From: an uncultured virus (IMG/VR IMGVR_UViG_2061766007_000865)
Lineage: Duplodnaviria; Heunggongvirae; Uroviricota; Caudoviricetes
Length of the DNA: 59,745 nt
IMG/VR virus record: IMGVR_UViG_2061766007_000865
Direction: 5' to 3' (one strand)
Within the stretch, counting starts at the first letter, position 1. The number at the start of each line of letters is the position of its first letter. A program made the position numbers and the translations under genes. Under the pieces are notes generated by a model. It did not search any database. It saw nothing but the letters and a program-made list of their open reading frames with translations, and had not been told where the DNA came from. Positions 32,146-42,435 of this stretch are shown here, one piece after another.

Positions 32146-33399
32146 TCATCGCATTTGATAAACGAGTTCTGTCTTGCAATTGTTCATCCAACCATCAATC
32201 GATGGTTGACTTACCCAATCCTTAAATCTAGGATAAGATAGCCATATGCCAAGTCCTTCAGAGTTCCATTTGTAATCCTTGCTTACACATATCTTCTGTG
32301 GAATAGACCCCTTTTGACACCCTAAGAAGTGAATCTTGTTGTCATAGAATACTGTTACGGATATATCCCTTATATTGCCATACACCTCGTCTAGATAAAG
32401 TTTCAAGGGTTCTTTCTTGATTCCACCTTTCTTACCACCACTGTTGATACATACCATGCTAGTATTGAACAAATGATGCACTTCATTACCGCATAGGTTA
32501 ATGGGCTGGGTTGTGCCCACGGCTTGTATTGTAATTCTAGTTTTTAGTCTCCCATCTAAATCGACAATAGCCACATCATATACCAAGTCGTTGAAGTCAA
32601 AATCTAGATTACTTGATAAGTCTTCACAGATTACCCTCTTCTCGTCATAAACCTTCTCTTGGTCACGCCTATCCGCTGGAATCACCATAATTATCCAATC
32701 ATTATAGATATAATCCCTTTCATGAATATTCGTCATGTGATTATCCAAGAATCCATCAGCATAGAAATCGAAACCGACATAATATATACCATTATGCTCA
32801 ATTATTCTTTGTTCGAAATGGTTCTCACTATATAGTTCATTATAATAGGCAAACTGAGGCATTACGCCATCATATTCATCTAAGGATTCAATGAGTACCA
32901 ACGAGTCTATATTGACTATAGGTTCGTATTTCTTCTTAGATTGGTCGTAGAAACTGATGCTTGACATCTTAGAATGTGCATAGAACCAATGCCCAGTAGA
33001 GGTTGGCTCGATATAGTATTGACCTTCATTCTTATATAAAGTCATAACCCAGTAATCACCCTTTGGTATGCTTACCGTATTCGTACCATCATAAAACCCA
33101 CCAAATGTGACTATCACCCCAAATGTCTCAGTATAACTAGGATAATTAGGTGTTTTAAAGCTAGTCCATGTGGTAGTGTCATTATTCAAACCTCTAGTGG
33201 ATGACGGAACTTTGAGAGTCCAGTCACCCCACGTTTGTTCACTATTTGGCTTACCAATATAGTCTTCAAATGCTTTATTGTATGACGTTTCCCTTTGGGT
33301 CAGTGGTTCATCAAGCTCCTTACTGCAAGATAAACATACAACACATAGAGATAAAGAGATTAAAATCTTCCACATGATAAAAGCGATTAAAAGCCACAA
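32146..33399 (-). CDS. lipoprotein with DUF4842/LruC-like C-terminal domain
   Basis: LSC lipobox; CEDL...DFDFNDLVYD and W.SE; paralog of the next gene. Confidence 0.6.
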   Translation of the reverse strand: MWLLIAFIMWKILISLSLCVVCLSCSKELDEPLTQRETSYNKAFEDYIGKPNSEQTWGDWTLKVPSSTRGLNNDTTTWTSFKTPNYPSYTETFGVIVTFGGFYDGTNTVSIPKGDYWVMTLYKNEGQYYIEPTSTGHWFYAHSKMSSISFYDQSKKKYEPIVNIDSLVLIESLDEYDGVMPQFAYYNELYSENHFEQRIIEHNGIYYVGFDFYADGFLDNHMTNIHERDYIYNDWIIMVIPADRRDQEKVYDEKRVICEDLSSNLDFDFNDLVYDVAIVDLDGRLKTRITIQAVGTTQPINLCGNEVHHLFNTSMVCINSGGKKGGIKKEPLKLYLDEVYGNIRDISVTVFYDNKIHFLGCQKGSIPQKICVSKDYKWNSEGLGIWLSYPRFKDWVSQPSIDGWMNNCKTELVYQMR

Positions 33400-33435
33400 A
33401 GTACCTTAATGGAACAATGTGGCTTTGATATTCTA

Positions 33436-34797
33436 TTAATAAACTTCATACCATTTAACAGTTCTGTCGGTAACAAACCTTGGGAACTTAGGATACTTCT
33501 CTTGGATTGGCTGACGTTCTGAACACCACACATATGATTTATCAACGCATAGTTTCTCAGATGCTTCTCCCTTGTTGCTACCCAAGTAAATCTCACCATT
33601 ATTGGTGATTACCTTAATTGGGATGTCCTTAATCGTCTTGGTGTTACTCCAATCAGCATCACCAATCACAGTAGTAAACTGTACATATGGACGAGATGTA
33701 CGACCAGTATTAACCATTGTTCCGCAATCAACACCAAATAGTTGATGTACCTCTTTATCAGCTACATATAGAGGCATTGTACCTCCAGCAGCTCTCAAGG
33801 TAATGTGAGCAACCAACTTGTTAGCATTAAGACTAGCAACCCATTCGTTTGCCAAGGTTGCATCAAACACAACGTCATTGTAGTCGAAGTCACTTCCCTC
33901 ATCAGCAGCCAAGTCTTCAGCTATGATGCGCTTTGCAGCCTTGAATGTTGCTGGACTGATTCTCACAATCCAATCATTGAAGACCCAATCACGTTCAACG
34001 TCCATGTTCTTATTTGACTCTTGCCCCTCTGGATGTGATGCACAGAAGTCAAATCCAACATAGTAATATCCATCAAGAGAAGCGTCGATATCGGCACCAG
34101 CAATGATGATATACTCTGAGTGATATTTGTTGTCTGTGCTGTTGTGGTATGCAAAATCCAATGTACCACTATTAATCATTAAGGTAGCGCCTTCAATGTT
34201 ACCCCACTTCGAGTTGTGGTCTCTATTGTTGAAGTCATTAGCATGCTCCCAACAAGCATTGTTAGGGGGAGTTAATCCACCATCTGCATACTTTACTTGC
34301 AAGTGGTTCATGTGGTCTGAACCAACCACATTTTGTCCAAAACCGTCTTTGTAGCTTGCTTCTCCCTTATATACCTCATATATGAAGTAATCAGTCCAAT
34401 TTACGTTCTCCGTATTAACAGCACCAATACGTTCCTTACTGAACTCTGCAATTACTAGGTTACGTTCACTAGCAGTGACATTAGATGGAATGATAAAATT
34501 GTTCGCCCAATTATTGCGTTCAACATTATGGCTACGAGTGTTGCCTCTAGATGGCAGTATAACATTGATGACTTCATCAGTTGTCCAATCATTCAGCACA
34601 ACTTGGAAGTTCACTAAATCCACAACTTCCACCCCATCAAAACCCCAATCTTGTTTTGAGTCAGGCTTTCCAAACGTTCTCTCAAACGTTAGCACAAAGT
34701 CTTGCTTCTGCTTTTCTTGGTAAGTGATTGTCTCAATCTCATGACTACAAGATGCAACCATAAGAAGTGAAACTAGACATAACATAATTTTCTTCAT
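33436..34797 (-). CDS. lipoprotein with DUF4842/LruC-like C-terminal domain
   Basis: VASC lipobox; AEDL...DFDYNDVVFD, AAGGTMP and WCSE. Confidence 0.65.
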   Translation of the reverse strand: MKKIMLCLVSLLMVASCSHEIETITYQEKQKQDFVLTFERTFGKPDSKQDWGFDGVEVVDLVNFQVVLNDWTTDEVINVILPSRGNTRSHNVERNNWANNFIIPSNVTASERNLVIAEFSKERIGAVNTENVNWTDYFIYEVYKGEASYKDGFGQNVVGSDHMNHLQVKYADGGLTPPNNACWEHANDFNNRDHNSKWGNIEGATLMINSGTLDFAYHNSTDNKYHSEYIIIAGADIDASLDGYYYVGFDFCASHPEGQESNKNMDVERDWVFNDWIVRISPATFKAAKRIIAEDLAADEGSDFDYNDVVFDATLANEWVASLNANKLVAHITLRAAGGTMPLYVADKEVHQLFGVDCGTMVNTGRTSRPYVQFTTVIGDADWSNTKTIKDIPIKVITNNGEIYLGSNKGEASEKLCVDKSYVWCSERQPIQEKYPKFPRFVTDRTVKWYEVY

Positions 34798-34988
34798 AAT
34801 TTTCCCTTTCTTTTATGTTTTTAATAGGTTAGCCTTTCTATGAATTCATCATCGTCTTCTTCCTTATCGAAAGGAATACCTATGTCAAAGATACACCTTT
34901 GACGTAAATTCCTACAATCACACTTGTAGTATAATTGACAAGTTTCGTTACAAATAATCATGAGAATTCAATTTTAAGGCTGTTATTT

Positions 34989-35282
34989 CTATTCATCCTT
35001 CAACTCTTCGTCTATGAGGTCTTTACCTTCTCTACGAAGCTTTTTAATGCGTGTATGGTCATCTGCATCTTCCCACTTAGAAGACCATTTTGTAGAGGTT
35101 TTCTTTAATATCTTAACATAGTTGTCTTCAGTTGAATCAAGTTCTTTCCAATCCTTTGGATGCCTATGCCCTCTTGGTGCGTTTGGGTCATCTACATACC
35201 AACCCATTCGTTCCTTAAGTTTCTCAACATACTTTGTGAAGGTCTTCCACCTTCTATAAGCTCTACCTCTTTTCTTGCTCAT
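34989..35282 (-). CDS. basic hypothetical protein
   Basis: 97-aa ORF. Confidence 0.6.
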   Translation of the reverse strand: MSKKRGRAYRRWKTFTKYVEKLKERMGWYVDDPNAPRGHRHPKDWKELDSTEDNYVKILKKTSTKWSSKWEDADDHTRIKKLRREGKDLIDEELKDE

Positions 35283-35484
35283 AAATATATTGGTTTTACA
35301 AAAAATTCAATAACGAAATGTCTCAAGATGTTCAGTGCCATCATCTAGCTTAACTCCACCATCTTCAATAGGTTTTCCGTTTCTCGACCATTCATCATAG
35401 TTTTGAGCCACATATATAATAAAAAAATTATTATGTCATTCAGAACNNNNNNNNNNNNNNNNNNNNNNNNNNNNNNNNNNNNNN

Positions 35485-35530
35485 ACCTCTTTAGGAGAGA
35501 GGGACGCTTCCAATTACGTGCTAGTGGTGC
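35485..35530 (-). tRNA. tRNA-Arg(CCT), 5' part only (3' end in N-gap)
   Basis: Anticodon arm CCTCT-CT-CCT-AA-AGAGG. Confidence 0.6.
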
Positions 35531-35589
35531 ATTTAAAAAATAAAAGGTTTACCATCCATTCTCCGAAATGATAAACCTTTGTTTGGATT

Positions 35590-36099
35590 CTAGTGCCTAC
35601 CAAGATGGAAACGATGTCCCCCAATGATAGGTTCATCATCGTTAACAGGTTTAGTTTTAGTGTCCTCGAACTGAGACTCTCGCTTCACAAAACGTCCATT
35701 AGCCCCACGAGGCATGGTAGCATCCTTGTAAAGTTCATCCTCTAGAATTGGAGTGCTGTCTTGATTCTCACTAAACTTAGATTGACCATTCATCAGCTCA
35801 GTTACTATACAAAGCAATACCGCAGACGCTACTGGCAGTTCTGGCACATCCTCAATCTTGTAAACATCCCTAGTTCTAAGGTCATATGCCAAGATTGCAT
35901 GGTCATGCCTAGAATCAGCCTTAATTGCACGTACAGTCTCGCCAAGATTGAACTTCTCAGCATCACGAACTGTTGCACACTCCACATGATTCTCAGAGAG
36001 GTGGTAAATCACTAGATTAATGTTGCCTATACAAGAGCACTTGGCAATAATCTCTGCCATTGGACTCTGCCTACGACTAAGTTTCTTGTAATTCCACAT
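35590..36099 (-). CDS. hypothetical protein
   Basis: 169-aa ORF followed by a terminator hairpin. Confidence 0.6.
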   Translation of the reverse strand: MWNYKKLSRRQSPMAEIIAKCSCIGNINLVIYHLSENHVECATVRDAEKFNLGETVRAIKADSRHDHAILAYDLRTRDVYKIEDVPELPVASAVLLCIVTELMNGQSKFSENQDSTPILEDELYKDATMPRGANGRFVKRESQFEDTKTKPVNDDEPIIGGHRFHLGRH

Positions 36100-36199
36100 A
36101 AATCTTTTCGTGTTTTTTTTTTAACAATTAATAAACTAAGGTGGACACTCAAGGTTGAATGCCCACCTTGCTTCACTTTACAATGCCAACAAGAATTGT

Positions 36200-36544
36200 T
36201 TACTTCTTGCTAGTCTTCTTCTCACCCTCGCCGAAGAACTCTTCCATGGTATCCTCAGCAATCTTCAGCTCGATGGTCAACTCGTAAAGGCGAGTCTTAG
36301 CGTTCTGAAGGTCAGATGCCCACTTAGCTGGATTCCAACCCTTCACACCTGGACGGAGTGACTGAGTGGTGTCAGGAGCGAAGTCGGTGAGGTTCTGAAC
36401 CTCAATCTCTACCTCAGCGATGTCGTTCTTCAGTTTCTGAACGATGTTTGCTTGTGCAATCTGAGCTTGAGTGTTAATCTGTGACGCACGTGCAACAAGA
36501 GCCTTAGAGTCATTCTGACTCATCAAATCTAAAAATTTACCCAT
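36200..36544 (-). CDS. coiled-coil hypothetical protein
   Basis: 114 aa, flanked by the promoter at 36613 and a hairpin at ~36138-36170. Confidence 0.7.
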   Translation of the reverse strand: MGKFLDLMSQNDSKALVARASQINTQAQIAQANIVQKLKNDIAEVEIEVQNLTDFAPDTTQSLRPGVKGWNPAKWASDLQNAKTRLYELTIELKIAEDTMEEFFGEGEKKTSKK

Positions 36545-36824
36545 TTTTGTTTGTTTTTAAAAATTAATAATGTTAACTATCTCTAATTTCTATTAGTTGT
36601 TTTGTGTTTCAGTGCAAAGATATAGGTAATTTTCGTAATTTCCAAATTTTAAATGTTAAATATGTGTTAAAAGATTTCCTTGACTTCATAAGATAAATCT
36701 AACCAATCTTGTTCAGCCTCTTTTTCCTTCCAATATTTAGCATTATTGGCTTTTGTCTTTGAAGGGAATGTATCTATTAATTTCCCATTCTCATACAAAC
36801 CACATTTTTTAGGCTTATCTTTTG

Positions 36825-37793
36825 TCATTTTCCAAACATATTAAATGCATCATCTGCCATTTGGCTAACCAAGTCTATCTGTGCTGCTGCTAACTCACTG
36901 CGGTACATTCTTCTAGATTTACGACCTCTCTTTGCCTTATGAGCCTTTACAGCCTTTGTAGCTCTAGAAACAGTCTCTTTCTTGAGTTGTTCATCCTCAC
37001 TAGAGAAACCGATGTGAGTAAACCCTAAGAAACTACCACTCTTCTCAATCTTGCAGAGGTAAACATGGTTAGCACCATACTTGAACTCACCAGTACGTAC
37101 CTTAATCTGCTTGATATATCTTACTGAAGGGTCTTTAATGCTCATTCCAACTGCGAACATCGCATCAAAGAAATTTGTTAGCTTCTTACTACCACTCAAG
37201 CTATTCTGAGTTAGCGGAGAACCCAAGTTTCTCTTTGGAGTATGAGAAAGAACCAAAATGCTAGCACCGTATTTCTTCTTAATGGTGCAAAGCTTCTGCA
37301 TGAGTTTACCAGCTGTGGTAGCGGTATCTTTCATATTGACCAACCAACTGAGGTTATCAACAATCAGAATCTTCGAGTTGTATTTCTTGATGTTGGCTTC
37401 GATTGCATCCATGATGATGTCATCAAAGCTAGCTTTTGTAGTCTCACAATACTCTTTTACCTTATCAGTGTTAAGTTCCACTCGGATGAACCTATCGTTG
37501 AACTTGAAAGTACTCTTATTCTTCTCGTCAGTGTAACGAAGCTCAAACTGCTTCTTGCTTAACTCAAAGTCATAATATAATATGTATTCATCCTTTGGTA
37601 GCTTTTCAGCAATGGCATTACTAATCTGTACGGCAAGAATACTCTTACCGACATTAGCATCTGCAAATAAGCAACACACCTCATTCTCAATCCAGAACTC
37701 CTTATAGAGCTTCTTTGGGTTCTTCTGCCCTTTCGCCACCTCGATTGTCTCGTTGGCTGTCATTGCACTAAAGATGTCTGTTAATTCTGCCAT
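36825..37793 (-). CDS. RecA-fold AAA ATPase (RepA/AAA_25-like)
   Basis: Walker A ADANVGKS, YYDFELS, Walker B LIVDNL, LSHTPK and LSGSK. Confidence 0.8.
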   Translation of the reverse strand: MAELTDIFSAMTANETIEVAKGQKNPKKLYKEFWIENEVCCLFADANVGKSILAVQISNAIAEKLPKDEYILYYDFELSKKQFELRYTDEKNKSTFKFNDRFIRVELNTDKVKEYCETTKASFDDIIMDAIEANIKKYNSKILIVDNLSWLVNMKDTATTAGKLMQKLCTIKKKYGASILVLSHTPKRNLGSPLTQNSLSGSKKLTNFFDAMFAVGMSIKDPSVRYIKQIKVRTGEFKYGANHVYLCKIEKSGSFLGFTHIGFSSEDEQLKKETVSRATKAVKAHKAKRGRKSRRMYRSELAAAQIDLVSQMADDAFNMFGK

Positions 37794-37815
37794 TATTAAT
37801 AAAATAAATGATTAG

Positions 37816-37951
37816 AGTGCGGTAGAGGAATCGAACCTCTGTTTACGGCTTGGAATGCATAATTTTTCAATAATACATCTGCTGTCTATTTCCTAACGGA
37901 AACGTTAAAAAACTTTTTAAACGTTGTCCTAAACCACTAGACGAACCGCAC
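37816..37951 (-). ncRNA. tRNA-like RNA whose anticodon arm is replaced by an ACAGCA-motif helix
   Basis: Acceptor GTGCGGT/ACCGCAC with normal D and T arms; insert contains GTTTCC-gtta-GGAAATAGACAGCAG. Confidence 0.7.
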
Positions 37952-38461
37952 ATGTGTAAATTAGCTGCTAGGGGCAAGCACGTTCTAACGGTTATCCCCT
38001 CTTAACTGAGTACGCCCATAGGTATTATTGCGCAATTATCTCCTATTGCTTTCTCTGCCCTGTGGTAGACCTTTATCAAATTACGTCCGCAACAGCTAAT
38101 TATATTGTTTGTGAACCTACCATTGCTGATAGTGGAGGTGGACTTGCAACCACCATCCCACCCTTTTTCCAAGGGCAGTATTTACGTTAAAGTACCCCAA
38201 ATCACTTTTTTGTTCCCTCACCCTTTAATCTGTCAATTTTTGCGTAATTCATAATTACTTATTCTATATTACTTGTTGCAGAGATAGGATTCGAACCTAT
38301 GACCTCCCTCGAATTACCAAGGGCAAGCTAANNNNNNNNNNNNNNNNNNNNNNNNNNNNNNNNNNNNNNNNAGTATACCTAGAACAAACCCCAATGGTGA
38401 CGAACTTCAAATGGACAACGGCCTATTGCCGATTTGCTCTGTCATCATCAAATGAATGTTG

Positions 38462-38534
38462 TGGACAAGATAGGATTCGAACCTATGACCTCTTGGTAAA
38501 ATCCAAGGCTCTGACCAACTAAGCTACAAGTCCA
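38462..38534 (-). tRNA. pseudo-tRNA (6-nt anticodon loop, mismatched acceptor)
   Basis: GGACTTGTAGCTTAGTTGG...CTTGG-ATTTTA-CCAAG...GGTTCGAATCC. Confidence 0.55.
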
Positions 38535-38899
38535 TTTAAAAAGTCAAAGGAACATCTAAGTTAATACTATATATTACCGTAGAATACGCTCAAACAGCTA
38601 CGTTTAAACCTCATTCATCACGCAGAGGCAATAATATACTTTCTATGTCTAGCTCTCTTTGACTATGGTGGGACCATAGGGATTCGAACCCTTTCCTTGG
38701 TGCTATTACGCCCTTCTATCAGATTTCCTACTACAACTATCTATTACGTAATTCAATAGAAGCCTCAGAAAACATAGTGTGCCATACCATTAACTCACAC
38801 AATAATCCCCATTTATTGGTAATGCAAAGATATAGAACTTATTTGAAAAAACCAAATACTTATCCCAATTATTAACATTAATTATAGGATGTTAACAAA

Positions 38900-39322
38900 C
38901 TACTCCTTATAGATGTGATATGTTTCATGGGTATAATAAGATTTATCCTTATCCTTTCCGCTATAGTCAATTAGATACCTATTCTTACCTAGTTTTTCTA
39001 CCCTGATAAGGACTTGCCTATATGTCTCAATGCCTCCATCGAAATAACTTTCAAAAGCAGAGAATGTCACAATACGTCTATGACTAGATAATGTGCGAAG
39101 CTTATAACAAGATATCCCACAGCCGCTTGGACACATATCCACATATAAACTATCACCAACAAAGGTGAACATTAATTCACCACTCTTGGAAATGTACCTA
39201 CCATCCAAGTTAAGGCCATAAGAGGCGGTAACTCCAAACGTCATAAACATTAAGACAAATAATACCCTAATTAATCTCATAAATCTAAAAATTATAAAGA
39301 TAGGTTTTCCTATATCCACCAT
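38900..39322 (-). CDS. hypothetical secreted protein
   Basis: Hydrophobic N-terminus; exact start uncertain. Confidence 0.55.
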   Translation of the reverse strand: MVDIGKPIFIIFRFMRLIRVLFVLMFMTFGVTASYGLNLDGRYISKSGELMFTFVGDSLYVDMCPSGCGISCYKLRTLSSHRRIVTFSAFESYFDGGIETYRQVLIRVEKLGKNRYLIDYSGKDKDKSYYTHETYHIYKE

Positions 39323-39613
39323 AAAGGTATCCTCTTAACCATCAAGGAACTAGAGCAAGGGGCTAATCCTCGCACCGCATTACTGCTTACCTGCCATTTC
39401 TTACGTGGCTTGCGCTGTCTCACCTATTTCAGCATCCACTATGGATGNNNNNNNNNNNNNNNNNNNNNNNNNNNNNNNNNNNNNTCTGACTAGGCACATT
39501 AACCATTTTTGCTAATCCCCAATGGGGCAGACAACCTCATTACTGCCATCCTCACATTTAGTCACCCCCCAAACATGAGTTTTATGCCATTATGACAAAG
39601 GAAAATGGTTGCG

Positions 39614-39699
39614 TGAGCGTAGTGGGATTCGAACCCACGTAGCCTTATTGCCATAATAGTTTTAGAGACTATCCCAATTGACCACTCTGGCATACGCTC
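39614..39699 (-). tRNA. amber suppressor tRNA (anticodon CUA) with long variable arm
   Basis: Acceptor GAGCGTA/TACGCTC-A; anticodon arm ATAGT-CT-CTA-AA-ACTAT; T arm GTGGG-TTCGAAT-CCCAC. Confidence 0.85.
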
Positions 39700-39702
39700 T
39701 TC

Positions 39703-40209
39703 TTATTCTAAAAGTTTTTTCTTATCATCGTATTTTGCTAGAATTCCCATAACCATCTTGGTTACGCCACTAGCCCCCTTCATAACGAGTTCATACATCT
39801 TCATAACCTCTTCTAGTTTAGTCTCATTGGACTTACCCTTTCCAAATAAGGTGTTCTTAGACTCTGAAATGATTGCCTCAAACGGTCTCTTGAAGCTGGG
39901 ACATTTGTCAATGAGTGGCTGACAATACTCCATGAACTCATTGAGTTCTTCATCCTTATTCTTACGCTTGCGAGGTTTCTTAGGCCAGTAATCGATAATC
40001 AAATCAAAATCATTGTCTATCATGATATTGGTCTTGTCAGTCTCATCCAACTCATTCATCACTTGCTCTTCAACAGTTGTTGGTGGTAAGTCTATTCCAT
40101 GCCATTTCTGAGCTGGAATCTCTACATAGTTATGTTCAATTGGAATACTCTTATGAACAATCCTACGGTCACTAGTAATTGCGTGAAATGTTATAATTGT
40201 TACAGCCAT
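39703..40209 (-). CDS. hypothetical protein
   Basis: 168-aa ORF. Confidence 0.65.
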   Translation of the reverse strand: MAVTIITFHAITSDRRIVHKSIPIEHNYVEIPAQKWHGIDLPPTTVEEQVMNELDETDKTNIMIDNDFDLIIDYWPKKPRKRKNKDEELNEFMEYCQPLIDKCPSFKRPFEAIISESKNTLFGKGKSNETKLEEVMKMYELVMKGASGVTKMVMGILAKYDDKKKLLE

Positions 40210-40551
40210 ATGCCCATATTGATTGTTTTACTTTATGAATATGCTATCACCTACACGATATGACTTATTTGTGTATAATTCATATTCATATACACCTCTT
40301 TTGTTTTGTATTTTAACTACCACATGATATTTTTTGCCATTGTTATTAAAGTAGNNNNNNNNNNNNNNNNNNNNNNNNNNNNNAGTTACGACTACATCAT
40401 CACAACTAACAAATCCCAATGCTGTGCATAGAATTACCATGAAACTATATAACACAAATTTCTTCATATTGATTACCATAAAATTAAATAATACAAATTT
40501 CTTCATATTGCAAAGATACGAAAAATAATTGAAATACTCAAATTATTTAAG

Positions 40552-40962
40552 TTAATCTATGTTAACATAATATGTTCCTACTTGCTTTTTAGTCTTTCTT
40601 ACCAAAGATAAATCATGTTCTCTCTCACTTGGGTCATACACAAACAATAATTCACCTTTTTTTCTATTACGCAATTTAAGAGTCAATCTATGTGGTTTTG
40701 TGACTATTGTTTGTTTGAAACACCCAACATCGGCAATCTTCCATTCCATTGAGCCATATAGTTTATTGCATCTATGATAATCGCTATGAACTATTTCTTC
40801 ATCTAAATATGTTTCCTCACCTAGAGGAAATACAACATCCTTAGAGACACTCACTTGGTCGGCAATTCTAGAACCATAGTCGGTAATTTTAACAATATCA
40901 CCTATTGAAAATTCTAAATAATCCTTAGTTTGAATTCCACATTTTGTTACTATTACTTCCAT
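40552..40962 (-). CDS. hypothetical protein, distant member of family C
   Basis: FSIGDIVKITDYG...WKI...LRNR. Confidence 0.6.
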   Translation of the reverse strand: MEVIVTKCGIQTKDYLEFSIGDIVKITDYGSRIADQVSVSKDVVFPLGEETYLDEEIVHSDYHRCNKLYGSMEWKIADVGCFKQTIVTKPHRLTLKLRNRKKGELLFVYDPSEREHDLSLVRKTKKQVGTYYVNID

Positions 40963-40966
40963 AGCT

Positions 40967-41350
40967 TCAATATGACATTTTATTTGGTATAACGCCCCTC
41001 ACACCACCCCTAGGATTCTCACAATCACCATTATAGCGTGGTATGATGTGTATGTGACAATGCATGATGGTTTGCCCAGCAGCCTCTCCACAATTAGTGC
41101 CTATATTAAATCCATTTGGGTGATATTTGGCGCATAGTATTCTCTTAACAATACCAATTGTCACACCAAGAGATTCAAGCTCAAGAAAATTCAAATCAAA
41201 ATATGTCTCACAATGTCTCTTCGGTATTAATAATGTGTGACCCTCTGAAACTGGATATCCATCCAACATTGCAATCCAAGTTGAATCTTGATATATTATC
41301 CTAGATTTATCAATCTTCTCTTCTATATCACAAAATGTACAACCATCCAT
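40967..41350 (-). CDS. HIT family nucleotide hydrolase
   Basis: CTFC, PVSEGHTLLIPKRH, GFNIG.N.G.AAGQT and HCHIHIIPR. Confidence 0.92.
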   Translation of the reverse strand: MDGCTFCDIEEKIDKSRIIYQDSTWIAMLDGYPVSEGHTLLIPKRHCETYFDLNFLELESLGVTIGIVKRILCAKYHPNGFNIGTNCGEAAGQTIMHCHIHIIPRYNGDCENPRGGVRGVIPNKMSY

Positions 41351-41591
41351 AAAACCAAATCTTTTTCATATTGCAAAGATATAAAAAAATATGAAAATAA
41401 CCAAATTTTTCTTGTTAAAAAAAACAAAAAACGTCATAAGCCACNNNNNNNNNNACAGTGCCATAAGTTTGGTATTTACGCAACGCTAAAATTACCCAAA
41501 TGGCGGTACGTATGGATGAAATGTCTCGAACATTTTGTCAAGCCATTGCCGACTTTTTACGTAGCAACCGATGAACATCCATATATAAATA

Positions 41592-41742
41592 CAAAAGACT
41601 GAGAACATTGTCTTATTGTAGATGCCATTTCACAGTGGTTGGACACTGCTGTTCACACGCTACCTTACGATAGCNNNNNNNNNNNNNNNNNTGAAAACAA
41701 CCAAACACTTACTAGTTTAAACCTTTTTAGGTACAGCATCAT
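41592..41742 (-). ncRNA. 3' fragment of GOLLD-like large RNA (possibly the misplaced end of copy B)
   Basis: Near-identical to 44970-45130, with a compensatory change CAGTG/CACTG vs CAGAG/CTCTG; ends at an N-gap. Confidence 0.6.
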
Positions 41743-41758
41743 NNNNNNNNNNTTGTTT

Positions 41759-42058
41759 TTAGTCTTCGGTAACAACCTTCAACCTTTTGAATAGCTCTTC
41801 GTGTCCGAAAACTGCTAGAGCTGTTACTTTGAAATCGAGGTCAGGTTCTTTGAACTCTGTATACTCAACATCTAAGTTTTCTAGCCTTCTCCTCCACTTA
41901 GGTACATCAGCACTTAAGTAAATCAAATATTCATTTTGCCACTCTCTACTGTGAGGATGTTCTAGCATCCATTGCGCAACTGCATGACCACCTTGTACGC
42001 ATCCGTACACTAGTTTGAGCGACTTGTCAATCAAAACGTATAACTTTCTCTTCTCCAT
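41759..42058 (-). CDS. peptidyl-tRNA hydrolase type 2-like protein
   Basis: KLYVLIDKSL...QGGHAVAQW...EFKEPDL...TALA pattern. Confidence 0.6.
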   Translation of the reverse strand: MEKRKLYVLIDKSLKLVYGCVQGGHAVAQWMLEHPHSREWQNEYLIYLSADVPKWRRRLENLDVEYTEFKEPDLDFKVTALAVFGHEELFKRLKVVTED

Positions 42059-42435
42059 TACTCTTCTGTTGGGTCTGCATACTTGTTATACACCTTGATT
42101 ACTGCGTTCTTGAATGCTGGGATAACATAACTCTCGGTCATGTCACCACCGCTTACACCCCAACGACCACTGTGCAACATCTTGTAACAACGGTTTCTAA
42201 CCTCATCCTCAAGATATGCATCACGGTCTGCACCCTCGATACGATGCTTAAAAATGTAGTAAGCTACATAGTCAGAATGGTCTTTATAAGTCTCTGACTT
42301 AATGAATTCCTTAAACTTAAGATACTGTTCTCTAGTGGTTTCCTTGTCTGTAAAAATTTTCTTTGCCATATTAATATATTCTTTAATTTGTTTGTTATTA
42401 ACTAATGATTTTAACTTTCTCACTACTTTTCCCAT
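42058..42435 (-). CDS. hypothetical protein (start may be MAKK at 42369; in frame with the upstream amber-interrupted leader)
   Basis: ORF translationally coupled to the Pth2-like gene. Confidence 0.65.
   Translation of the reverse strand: MGKVVRKLKSLVNNKQIKEYINMAKKIFTDKETTREQYLKFKEFIKSETYKDHSDYVAYYIFKHRIEGADRDAYLEDEVRNRCYKMLHSGRWGVSGGDMTESYVIPAFKNAVIKVYNKYADPTEE

Noticed and set aside
37845..37925. Self-splicing intron in the anticodon loop (also 44870-44930)
   Set aside because: The inserts are far too short for group I/II introns and instead carry handle helices.
37959..38101. Minimal RNase P RNA
   Set aside because: Only a faint resemblance (CCACAGGGCAG, AGAAC..GCTT); it lacks GAGGAAAGTCC and is too short. 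Kept as an unassigned structured RNA.
41592..41742. A third independent copy of the large RNA
   Set aside because: It stops at GGTACAGCATCAT beside an N-gap, and copy B begins with the same sequence beside another N-gap (46242-46251). It is more likely the displaced 3' end of copy B, so local contig order is uncertain. The TnpB-array junction itself contains no gap.
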